A stretch of DNA of 64,000 nt from Azolla caroliniana (Eukaryota > Plantae > Polypodiophyta). Position 1 is the stretch's first letter. Each line of letters starts with the position of its first letter. The DNA is taken from assembly GCA_043228905.1 (NCBI GenBank), contig JBHGNT010000006.1, forward strand, positions 10,788,001 through 10,852,000, in the 5' to 3' direction. Position numbers and translations under genes: made by a program. This document shows positions 24,358 through 36,800 of this stretch, piece by piece. Below the pieces are notes generated by a model. The model did no database searches. It was given only the letters and a program-made list of their open reading frames with translations, and was not told where the DNA came from.

Positions 24358-27251
24358 CACAGTTACGTGCTCTCGCTATACTTTTACCAACAAGAATAAC
24401 AACAACAACAGTTACTAAAAGTTTGCACTAAGTCATATTTATACTAACTGTTCATCGACATTGTTCTTCTCCCTTCCCATCCAGAGGGACCTGTCTCCCA
24501 ACAAACTCCCCCTTCACTCCGGCATGGGGTGTCTTACCAGTCTGATCCTCTTCCGGCATGCGTCCAGCTTGTCGGGTGTCAGCACTTTGGTCAGCATATC
24601 GGACCCGTTCTCGGCCGTGTGGATCTTCGTCATGGTGAACTCCTGGTCATCTACTCTTTCCCAGATCTAGTGATACCTCTGCTGGATATGCTTTGTCCGG
24701 GAATGGTAGGCCGCATTCTTAGCAAGGTGGATGGCACTTTGACTGTCGCAATAGAGTCGGTATTCCTCTTGTCGGATACCGAGCTCTCCGATGAAGTCCT
24801 TCATCCATAATATTTCCTTGCCGGCTTCCACAGCCGCCATGTACTCCGCCTCTGTGGTTGACAATGCAACCGTCTTCTGCAGCCTCGACTGCCACGAAAC
24901 AACTCCCCCTGCATATGTCATCACATACCCGAATGTAGACCGGCTAGTATCCACATCAGCCGACGTGTCCGAATCGGTGAAACCGTCCAGTTGAGGTTTT
25001 CCGGAGCCGAATTGGAGACACATATTTGAAGTGCCCTTCAAATACCGGAGTATCCATTTGACCGCGTTCTAGTGCTCCTTGCCGGGATTGCTCATAAACC
25101 GGCTCACCACTCCGACTGCGTATCCAATGTCCGGTTGGGTACAAACCATTGCGTACATCAAGCTCCCGACGACAGAGGCATATGGGATCTTCATCATATC
25201 CGCCTTCTCTCCTTTTGTCTTCGGGCTTTGCCTACCGGATAGCTTGCAGTTTGTCGGAAGTGTCGATCCGACCGGTTTCGCATTTGACATGTTGAACCGG
25301 TGAAGCACCTTTGTCACGTACTTCTCCTGTGACATGCATAATTGCTTCTTTGACCGGTCCCGAATGATGTGCATCCCCAACATTTGTCTTGCCGGACCCA
25401 AGTCTTTCATTGAGAAGGTCCGGTTGAGAGCCTTCTTCAGCATCCGTATTTTTACTTGGTCTCGTCCGACGATCAACATGTCATCCACGTATAGGAGGAG
25501 TATCAGGAAGTCCCCTCCTTCGAACTTCTTCACAAACACATAGTGATCGGCCTGCGTCTTGTGGTACCCTTGATCGGTCATGAAGGAGTCGAACTTCCGG
25601 TACCATTGCCGAGGAGCCTGCTTCAGTCCGTACAGGCTCTTCTTCAATCGGCATACTAGGTGCTCCTTCCCTTTCTCCACAAATCCTTCCGGTTGCTGCA
25701 TGTAGATCTCCTCTTCGAGGTCGCCGTGAAGGAATGCCGTCTTCACATCCAGCTGCTCTACCTCGAGGTGCATGCTTGCTGCTATACTCAGCACCGTCCA
25801 GATGGAGGCCATCTTTACTACCGGGGCAAATATCTCGTCGAAGTCCACGCCCTTCTTCTGCTGGAACCCCTTCACCACGATCCTGGCTTTGTATCTCGGG
25901 GGGTTGCTGGCATCTCCCGGTTTCAACTTGTACACCCACTTGTTTCGGAGTGCCTGCTTTCCTTTTGGCAGCTCCACCAATTCGTATGTATGGTTCTCAT
26001 GCAGGGAATCCATCTCATCCTGCATGGCACTTAACCATTTTCGGTTGTGGGTGTCTACCTTCACTTCTTCGAAGCTTTCCGGCTCCCCCTCATCGGTCAG
26101 TAGAACATGCTCTGCATCCGGAAATCTCCGGGGGACCCTTCTCTCTCTGAGAGGATATCTACGTCTTCGGGCTTCGGTAACCGGCTCCTTCATTTGCTCT
26201 TCATCCGAATCTGATTCGGGGTCTTGGTCGGTTCCGGTCTCAGCTTCCTCTACTTCTTCTTCTGTCGGTTCGGTATCCTCGCCGTAGCCGGCTGGTTCCT
26301 CGAGTGCTAACCGGTCTCTTGCCGGTTGGGTCTGCTCATCGTAGAGTCTATCCTTACCGGTCGGCTCGGAGTTCATTATCTTCTTCTTCGACTCCCAATC
26401 GGCGAGCGTCTTGTCCTCCATGAAGATAATATCTCGACTCCGGAATACCTTCTTGTCGACCGGGTCCCACACTCGATAGCCGAACTCATCGTCACCGTAA
26501 CCGAGGAATATGCATGGCCGGGTCTTTGGATCTAGCTTTGAGGTTTACGTGTGAAACCCCAAACTAGGGGAAAAAACCACGGCAGCCCACAGGCTGCAAA
26601 CTGTCACTATGTAAGAATGTACAACAGTGAGTTCACTGAGGCAACGACCTCGTGCTCACAGATCTTCGCCATAGGCGGCGGTTACAACAGAAGCAACGAC
26701 CTCTTTCTCTCTCTCTCTCTGTGTACACAGTTACGTGCTCTCGCTATACTTTTACCAACAAGAATGACAACAACAACAGTTACTAAAAGTTTGCCCTAAG
26801 TCATATTTATACTAATATGACTTTTCGGCTATTTACAAATGTAGCCTCGATGGGCTCTCAGAAACATATTTACGAATATGTCTCTTCATCCGGTTCTCAC
26901 CAGGTCTGTACCATCCGGCTCTCCTTAGCCGGGTATTCCTCATCCGGTCTTCACCGGGTCTGTATCATCCGGCTCTGTGTAGCCGGGTACTCCTCATCCG
27001 GTTCATACCGGGCCTGCACCATCCGGCTCTGCGTAGCCGAGTACTCCTCATCTAGTTCATACCGGGCCTGCACCATCCGGCTCTCCGTAGCCGAGTACTC
27101 CTCATCCGGTTCATACCGGGCTTGCACCATCCGGCTCTCCGTAGCTGGGTCCTCCTCATCCGGTTTCGGCCTCGGCCTATCGGCCTCAGCTGAGTTTGTT
27201 CATCGACACTGTTCTTCTCCCTTCCCATCCGGAGGGACCTGTCTCCCAACA
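24041..27251 (-). mobile_element. Internally deleted Copia element G (RT/RH retained), inserted in F
   Basis: TSD gtaaa/gtaaa. 3' LTR 24041-24503, PPT 24504-24520, RT ORF 25069-26472 (LYVDD), partial 5' LTR from about 26540 to 27251. Confidence 0.92.
26885..27170. repeat. 54-bp tandem repeat (about 5 units) in the LTR of G
   Basis: The catccggtt...tactcct unit recurs at 26887, 26941, 26995, 27049, 27103 and 27157. Confidence 0.9.
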
Positions 27252-28111
27252 GTAAAGGGGAATCGGATCTTTGATGGGAACGCCCAAATCTTTTAATATC
27301 CTCTTGAGCCATACGACTTCACATGCAGCTACAGTCGCGCCCCTGTATTTGGGCTTTGTGCTTGAAAGAGCGATAGTTGGTTGCTTCTTGCTACTCCAAG
27401 AGATGGCTCCACTTCCGAGGGAGAAGATGAAACCAGAAGTTGATCGTTGATTGGCTTTGTAGCCAGCCCAATAGGCATTTGTGTACCCTTCGAGTTGAAT
27501 TAGTGTGGCTGACTTATAGAGAATGCCATAGTCCATCGTTCCACTCACGTATCGTAGCACTCACTTAGCACAATCTGAATGGATATCTTGTGGAGTTTGC
27601 ATTAATTTGCTAAGGAGGCCGATCGGATAGCTCAAGTCGGGTCGAATGATCATGAGATAGATGAAGCTCCCAATCAGTTGTTGATACTGAGTCAGCTCAC
27701 ACTGTGGTGCCGGAGTTGGCATCCAGTTTGAGGTTTCAATCGAGAGGGGTTGCCATATATTTTCACTCAGTAATCCCGAACTTGTATAAGAAGTTGAGTG
27801 TGTAGTGTCGTTGAGAGATCATTACTCTAGTTGGAGTCCAGATTACCTCAATACCAAGGAAGTAATGGAGCTCTTTCATGTCCGTCATCTCGAATTTGCT
27901 GGAGAGGAGGGACTTGACCTTGTTGATGTCGACTAGATGCTCACCTCCAATGACCAGATCATCCATGTATTGAACTTTCAGAATTGCTTCTTACATAGAG
28001 AGAATTGTCGGATTTTGACATTCGGAAGCTGATTCGATGAAGATATTGTGTTATTTTTTAGTGCCAAGAATGTGGTGCTTGCTTAAGGCCGTAGAGAGGC
28101 TTCTGGAGTCG

Positions 28112-28771
28112 TGACAGGAACTGCATGCTCCCTATGCGCAACGCTTGGCCAGAACCGAGCTTAGAAACATACACAGGAAAGAAAAAACGAGGAATGGATG
28201 CACGACACAAAAAAAAAGGAGAGAAGAGTACACAGGATGTTTAACGTGGAAAACCCTGAGAGGGAAAAACCACGGGAGTCCACAGACTCCAAACTATCAC
28301 TATATCACAATGATTACAACAGTGAGCTCACGGAGGCAACAACCTCGTGCTCACGATCTTCGCCACAGGCGGCGGTTACAACAAAGGCAACGACCTCTTC
28401 CTCTCTCTCTCTCTCTCTCTCTGTACACTGTTACGCGCTCTCAAGTCTTGCACCAACAAGAATGACAACAACTACAAAAGAGTTTGCCCTAAGTCATATT
28501 TATACTAATATGACTTTTCGACTATTTACACATATAGCCCCGATGGACTCTCAGAAACATATTTACGAATATGTCCCTTCATCTGGTGAGCACTCCTCAC
28601 CGGGCCTGCATCATCCGGCGCTTGCCGGGTACTCGTCATCCGGTTCTCACCGGGTCTTTCGTTGCCAGGTATTCCACATCCGGTTTCGGCCTCGGCCTAT
28701 TGGCCTTGGCCGAGTTTTCTCATCAGTACTGTTCTTCTCACTTCCCATCAGGAGGGACTTGTTTCCTAACA
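28112..28771 (-). mobile_element. Solo LTR of the G family inserted in F
   Basis: TG...CA ends, TSD agtcg/agtcg, homologous to the G LTRs. Confidence 0.92.
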
Positions 28772-31700
28772 AGTCGGCATACGACTTTCGAATGAATGTT
28801 GGATTCGAAGCCGGGTGGTTGTACCATGTACACCTGCTCTTCTAATTCGCCTTGAAGAAAGGCGTTCTTGACATCCATCTGGTGGAGGTGCCACCCTTTT
28901 GCTGCAGTAAGTGCTATCACGGTCTGCACAGTTGTCATCTTTGCCACCGGGGCAAAGGTCTCTTCATAGTCGACTCTCTGTGTTTGTGCGTAGCCCTTTG
29001 CTACGAGTCGAGATTTGTAGTGGTGGACGGAACCGTCAACATTATACTTCACTTTTTATATCCATCTACATCCGATTGCCTTCTTGTGTGGTGAGTGAGG
29101 GACGAGATCCCATGTCTCATTCTTGCTGAGAGCTTTCATCTCCTCATTCATCGCTTCGACACATCGTGTATCTTTAGCGGCTTCGGCAAAGCTCTCTGGT
29201 TCTCGAACTGTTGCCACCTTGATCATAAAGGCATAGTGATATGCCATATAGTCATTGTAGCCGAACTGGCTAACCAGATTCTTCTCTCGGGTGGAAGCAA
29301 CAGAGTTTCTCATTTGCCGATGTGAGTACTTTCTTAACTCCGGGTGACCTCATAAGAGGCACATCAAAGCCATCGAACTCACTATTGAGTGAGTGAGTCG
29401 ATTTGTTGTTGTTGAAGTGATTATCTTCATATTCTGGCATTTTGGCCTTCCCTTTGTCCATCTTTGGACTTGGCCGAGATATGCTTTGGTTGCTCAGAGG
29501 CTCTTGTTGTCCGCTCAATCTGGTTGAGATCAGACTCTCTTCGAGTATTGCCCTTAGTTGATCATCTTCTTCTGTGTTATCGAGGTCGTTCGTAGATGGT
29601 TCGGGAGGAGTCGGCTCGGGTTTGTACCACGATGTAGATTTGTCAAAAACGACATCCCGACTTATACGAGCCTTCCTAATAGAGGGGTTGAAGCACTTGT
29701 ACCCCCTTTGCTCCAATGAGTACCCCATGAGGATGCACTTCTTTGATTTTGGGTCAAGCTTCTGCCGCTTCTCATCGGGAATGTGAACGTATGCAATGGA
29801 GCCGAATATCCTTATATGGGATAAATCCGGCTTCTTCCCATACTAGTTCTCGTGCGGGGTGACCTCATGTACTCCGGATGTTGTGCACCGGTTCATGAGG
29901 TAAACCATGGTATTTGCAGCTTTTGCCCAATATGACTTGGGCATATGCTTCTCATTTAGCATGGCCCTTGCTACTTCGAGGAGGTGCCTATTCTTGCGTT
30001 TGGCTACACCGTTCTGTTGCGGTGTGTGTCAGCAAGTGAATTCTCGTCGAATTCCTTCTTGTCAAGGTATGCCGTGAACGCATCGGAGAAGTATACCTTT
30101 CCTCCGTTTGACCGAAGACATTGTACATGGTGGCCAATTGTCTTTTAGACTTTGCTTTTGAATTTTTGGAAGTGTGTAAACACTTCGCTCTTCATCTGCA
30201 TGGGAAAGATCCATGTGTATCTAGAGAAGTCGTCGATGAAGGTAACGTAGTACCGACATCCTCTGACTGTGGCCGTCTGTGCCGGTCCCCACACATCCGA
30301 GTGGACTACGTCCAATAGGACTTTGCTCACATTCCTCTCCTTTGGGAATAGGTGCCAATGTTGCTTGCCGAATTGGCATGCGTCACATAATCCTTCAATC
30401 TCTTTCTCTTTGAAGGTCGGGAACCCAATAACGACTCCTTTCGATTGCATCACCTTGAGTTTATTGAGGTTGATATGGCGTATTCTTTTATACCATAGCT
30501 CTATGTTGGTGTCGGGTTTGAGGCCCTTTGCAAACATGGCCAATTTTACCTCGTTCACTTCAAGGATAAACGTTAGGCCTTCCCTTCGACCACGAGCAAT
30601 TAATCGGCCTTCCTTCTTGATGAAGCAACCACCTTGGTTGAATCGAACTTGCATCCCTTGCTCCACAATTTGGCTGACCGAGGCCAAATTCTTCATTATG
30701 GTGGGTACATGTAAGACATTTTTTATGCAAGTTTGTTCGCTGTCTTTCCCGAATGGGACATTGCCGACATGCCGAATTGGATGAGTGGTGTCATCTCTGG
30801 TCTCGACATAACCGGGTCGATCCGGCTCTTGTAAGTCTCGGAACCATTCTTGATGGGACATCATATGGTTCGAGGTACCGTGGTCGACAAACCATACATC
30901 TTCCGGATTGGAGGCATTAGTCGAAGTAGAGGCCGACATAGAATTTTGCTCTATGTCTCATCACGAACATTCCGCCATGGTCTTCATAATCGGAGTTGGT
31001 GGCATAATTTGTGAGTTGTCGGCTTGTGGAAGCTGACTCACGCTTCTTCTTTTAGCACTCTTCTTAATGGTGGCCGATTTTCCACAATATCCGCATTTGA
31101 CTAAGTTTTGTCGGCTCGGACCGGAATGGAAGCTCCCCCTTCTTCCGAAGGTTCCTCGATGGTTTCCGTCTGTTGCCGAAATTGGGAGTTGTTGTCGTAA
31201 GTTGGACCTCGTCCTTGGCTGAATGTGTGTAGAGCATGTGGCCTTCCGAGGTGTTGCTCATCGTTTGAACATGGTTTTCAACCAACAACATGGATTGAAG
31301 ATCGAAGAAAGCGGGAGGATTTTCCCTTGCTAGTATGACGGTCCTCATTGCGCTGAACTGTGGTGCAAGGCCGCTGAAGCATATTTGCACCATCTCATCA
31401 TCCTCCACATTGACGCTTATTGAGCCAAGTGAATCACAAAGCTCCTTGATCTTCAAGGTGTATCTTGTGATGGACATGTCCCGTTGTTGGATGTTGTTTA
31501 ACTCTTGGTGGAGTTGAAGCTTTCGTGCCGTCATATTGGCTACGAATATCTTCCTTAGATTCTCCCATGCTTCCTTTGGCGTCGTGGCTTCTCGAATGTA
31601 GCCAAGCATGTGGTCATGAACACATGTCGCGAAGCAATACATTACTCGACTCGCCGTTTGCTCCCATGTTGAGTAGTCGGTGTCCTTTGGGTCAGGTCGA

Positions 31701-32045
31701 TTTTTTTGTGCTCCTTGATGTAGCTCCAATAACCTTGACTGACAAGGTATTGGTGCATCTTGTATTCCCAAGATGCGAAGTTGTTTCGGTCCAACTTCTT
31801 GCTAGGGAGATCGCTCCCCATTTGAGTATTCATGGTGTTCGATGTAGATTTCTTCCTTCTTCTTCTCTCTTGAATACAAGCTATGTAGCCACACTATGAT
31901 AACGATGAGCCTGCTCTTCTTGAACGTCGGCGTGGAGCACAAGACACGCAGATGGGCTAGATCGAGCTACCAACCTTGCTCTGATACCATGTAAAGAATA
32001 GATGGTGATTCTTGTGCAGCGGAATAGGTTAGAGATATATGTTAC

Positions 32046-32078
<33 letters not shown>

Positions 32079-33871
32079 GAGTTGAGAGAGACACAAGATA
32101 GATAGACTAGGCAATGGAAAAAAATACTCAAGAAGATTGTATATTACAAAGGAGATTAACCGACTTGTTATAAAGTAGGAGAAGAGTGCTTTATATAGTC
32201 ACTCTCTCTCTTCATTAACTACCGAAGCTCATGAGTCATGGGGAATGTGGAAAATCATTAGTTATGTGTAAAGAGTAGTGGTGTGACTTTTGACCTTTGA
32301 GTGTTCATACACTCTCAAGGGTGTGTTCACACACTAGGCTAGGTTGAGCTTGATTCTCAACACTTACAATCGCGATCCATGAATTCGTTGGGTGTCTCGC
32401 GTTTCCCAATGAACAACAACTGATTAGTCCCGGACACTTCGGGTTTGTTATGGTCCTTCTTCGAAGGGCGTTGATAACAAACAACTATTTCAACGGCCAC
32501 TTTGAAGGATTTGGGATCCTTATCGTGCACTATCCAGCGATAGTCTAAATTGGGGATGCCATTGATAAAACAAGCTATTACCAATTGTCCCCTTCTAGAC
32601 CATATTTTTTAATGTGAGTTCTAGCATGGTGAACATAACCTTCTAGTGAGGAAAACTTCCGTTTAGAGACGTTCATTAAAGCTTGTGCTACCTCTGTTCG
32701 AGATGGAGATTATAGACATTGACCCTTGAAAACTGTGACAAAGTTTGTCTAGGTATCAGGTAATTTCCGCATAGTGCGGAGCCCACACCACCAGGCGGAG
32801 GCCTTACCCCTAGTTCTCGACAAACATATACAATCTTCATACTATCTGGCTTGGGATAGAGCTCAAAATAAGACCCCCATCGGCCCAACCACATGCAAAT
32901 TGCTTCTTCGGTTCTTTCATTTTCTTTCTCTCGTAAATGGCTTGACAACAAATGATGGTTCACCTTGACGTTCATCTGGTTTATTAGTATCACATTGCGT
33001 ACTAATGACCCGTGCTTCTAGAGCACCATGAGATTGCCGAAGAGCGGAAATCTTGTTCAAGGTAGAATTAAGGAAATTTTGTATTTGTAAAAAATACGAC
33101 TCAATTAGGATTGCCCCAGGAGTATTTCCTTGAATTGCCTTCTCTTGGGAGGATGTCATCAGGTCGTTATAATGAGCCATAAGAATACAATGTCTGGCAA
33201 AGAAATAGAATAGGGTTAGACAAATAGCCATAACATAATGTCGTGATGTAAACACATAATGGGCGACATTAATCGATATCATGAACTCAGGTCAATACCC
33301 CTCTAGACGTATGAGATGAGGTTCAAGATCAGGTTACTATGGTAACACAAAGGTGTTTTAAAAACTATGGGGGTGACAAATGAATGTCTTTCCTTGATCT
33401 CTATATCGATTTTTTCATGTGGCTCCCAAAGGCTCAACTATGTATGTTCGTGTCATGAATAGTTTATACACGAGAAAATGTTAACAATAAACTATGTATT
33501 TGTGCCCACCCATGTGGTTTCCTCTCTTTAAGTCCTATTACGAGGACCCCGAAGTGCACTTAGACCTAAAATCCAAACATGTTTTATAGTTCCACGATGT
33601 TGTATGGTCGTGGTCATATTTGAACTCGAGACCTTGAGAACAAATACATTAAACACTTGAGCTAACAAAATGGTAAATGCTCCTTTTGAATATTTATTGT
33701 TTATGCATATTAGACATATGCGAACATTTGCTCATATATGTTTTTTAAAAGAAAACATGTGTCTGGAATCCTTATTTCCCCCTCATTAACAACAAAACAA
33801 TGCTGGTACGTTACCCAACCTCAAGTCTCATCATTACAATGGCATACCCCAAAGTGCAATCTAATGGTCAA

Positions 33872-36800
33872 TGTTAGGAATAGTACTAAACAGAGAGAGA
33901 ATTAGTACTAGAGAAGGGAAGTACTATTAGTACTAAGAGGACGGGACTGCGTAAGATTCCTGAGAGAGGAAGTGAGAAAAGGAGAGAGAAAGAGATAGCG
34001 AGAATGGGAGAGAGAGAAAGATGATGACAACAACTAATATATTATGTGAAAGATAAGTACAAAGTGGCTAAGAGGCTTAAGACTGACGTTGAACCAATTT
34101 GGTTTAACATAATACATAATGCCCTCTTTTATAGTGTTTTCTCAAGAGTAATCCTGAAGCTTGTAGAATGTTCTAGAGAAATCTGGAATATACATTAATT
34201 TCCTATAATAAAATGTAAATGAAAATAATATCTTACGTATTACAATAGATGATATAATGGTCAAGAGCTCGACCCATATAACCTAAGGTCATGGGTTCGA
34301 GTCTTGCCATATCATGACACTATCCCCCCTTTAAAACGACGAGTGTCACGAGTCGTTTTGGATGGAAGACCTGGTTTGTGTGGATATTGACGATGGAAGT
34401 CTTCAAGAAGCGCACGAGCATTGGTCACATTCTTGATCAGTTCCCAAGTACGTTCGCTGGGACTATAGCCTAGCCAATCGACTAAATAGTAGAGCTTGTT
34501 GCGAACAATCTTGGAATCAAGGATGGCGGCAACCTCGTAATCTGGTCCATCTTCAAGCTCAATCTGGGGTGGAGGTTGTTGTATAATACGTCCTGGGATG
34601 GTGCTCTCGTGATAGGGTTCGAGGAGAGAACTATGAAACGCCGGATGTATCCGAAGTTGAGGAGGTAAATCAAGACGAAAAGCGACATCATTAATCTTTC
34701 CAATAATACGGAAAGGACCCAATCGCCGATAATCCAACTTCTCCCATGGGCGAGTAGTCTTGATGTGTCGTCGTAGCAGCGACACCCGGTCTCCAATGTT
34801 AAAACTAGATGGAAGTCGATGACGATCTGCGTAGACCTTGTGTGTTTGTTGAGCTTGTTGGAGATGAGTAGATAAATCTGCTTGTATCTTGTGTAACTGC
34901 TCCAAACGATCCTCCACGCAAGGATTTGTGGACACCTCTGGGGTTTCAAGTACACTCCACCGAGGGTGACATCCGTATAAGCATAAAATGGCGTAACTTT
35001 AGTCGATGCGTGGATAGAGTTATTATAGGAAAATTCGGCGAAGTGGAGAATATCTCCCTAGTTATCCTGATGATAGTTGAGAAAGCACCGTAGATACTGC
35101 TCCAACGTTTGATTTGTTCGTTCGGCTTGGCCGTCGGTTTGTGGGTGATAGCCGGAGGAGAGGTTACAAGTGACCTTGAGCATTTTAAAAAGGTGCTTCC
35201 AGAATTTTGACACGAACTGGGGTCCACGGTCACTGACGATACTATCGAGAAGTCCATGATGCCGACATACTTCACACATGACAATTTCAGCGGTGTCTTC
35301 ACTGGAGATTTCCTTAGTACATGGCAAGAAATGAGCCATCTTCATATATCGATCTACCACTGTGAGAATCGCATTGAACCCCTTGGAGACTGGAAGATTT
35401 GTGATGAAGTCGAGAGCAATGGATTGCCACGGCTTGCTTGGAATTGGTAATGGTTCTAATAAACCATATGGATGATGCTTTGGCATTTTCGCTCTGCAGC
35501 ATGTATCACAAGTCCAAACAAAATCTTCGACAAATTGTCGCAGACAGGGCCACCAGAACGATCGTTGTACTAAATCTAATGTTTTAGTACTACCAAAATG
35601 CCCAGCTGTATATGTGTCATGACAGTTTTGTACTACTCGAAGGCGGCAAGAACCATTAGGAACATACAAAAGTTCTTTAAAGAAGAGTAATCCATCATGG
35701 TATTTGAATTGCCGATAGTCCATACCTGGTGGTTGCGACTGTGAACACAACGCTCGGGAGGGATCAATTTATGCTAGTATAGCTTGGACGTATGATATTG
35801 ATAACGTGGGAATCCATGGGCATGCCAAAAACCTGTGTTGCTTGCAGTCGTGCCGGTCCCAAGATTACTTGCTTTTGGTTATCGAAAGCTGGCTCGCCGG
35901 GACGCGGTGTTAGATACGAACGTCATGATAATGCATTTGCCTTCCCTTGGTGCTTCCCCGGACGATATGTAATTTTGAAGTCGAAACGCATGAGGAAGTG
36001 GGCCCACCGAGCTTGACGTCGATTTAACACACGAGCATCCTGAAAGTAGGCAAGGTTTTTATGGTCACTGAATACGGTGACTTGATGAGAGGAACCCTCT
36101 AAAAAATGCCTCCATTGCATAAACGAGTCCACTATTGCCAATAGGTCCTTATCATCAATTGATTTCGGCGGCGTCAAACTTGCGTGAGTGAAAAACCACA
36201 AGATGTAGCTTCTCATCATGACCCCGTTGTGACAGAATGCTCCCCAATGCAAAATACGATGCGTCAGCTTCGATAATGAATGGTTGTTCCAGATCGACAT
36301 GAGCTAGAATTGGAGCCGATGTAAATGCCTTTTTAAGAATCTCAAAAGCCATATCTGCTTCTTGAGACCAAATGAACGATTGTCCCTTCTTGGTAAGCTG
36401 TGTGAGAGGCAGAACGAGCTTTGAGTAATCTTGTATAAACTTCCGATAAAAATTGGCAAAGCCTAAAAAGCATTGCACATCCCGCATCGAGCGCGGAGCC
36501 TGCCATTCTACCACCGTCTTGACCTTAGCTGGGTCCATGGAGATGCCTTCTAATGAAATGATGTAGCCGAGAAATTCCACTTGGTTGCACCTGAAACTAC
36601 ATTTTTCTAGCTTTGCGTAAAGACCATGTTCTCGAAGTCGTTTTAGTACTAACAATACATGAGAATCATGCTCTTCTTCGGTCTTTGAATAAATCAGTAG
36701 ATCATCCAAGTAGATGATCAGACACACATCCAAGAGATCTCGGAATATATCATTTTCCATGTGCTGGAAGACTGCTGGCGCATTAGTGAGGCCGAACGGC

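Larger units (their letters stand above)
23269..32362 (-). mobile_element. Full-length degenerate Copia element F
   Basis: LTRs 23269-23674 and 31990-32362; TSD cttat/cttac; PBS next to 31990; PPT at 23675. Gag 31833-31064, PR/INT 30939-29700, RT 29313-27600, RH split by element G. Confidence 0.93.

Noticed and set aside
26817-27312. Repetitive ORFs on both strands
   Set aside because: Artefact of a 54-bp tandem repeat in an LTR.
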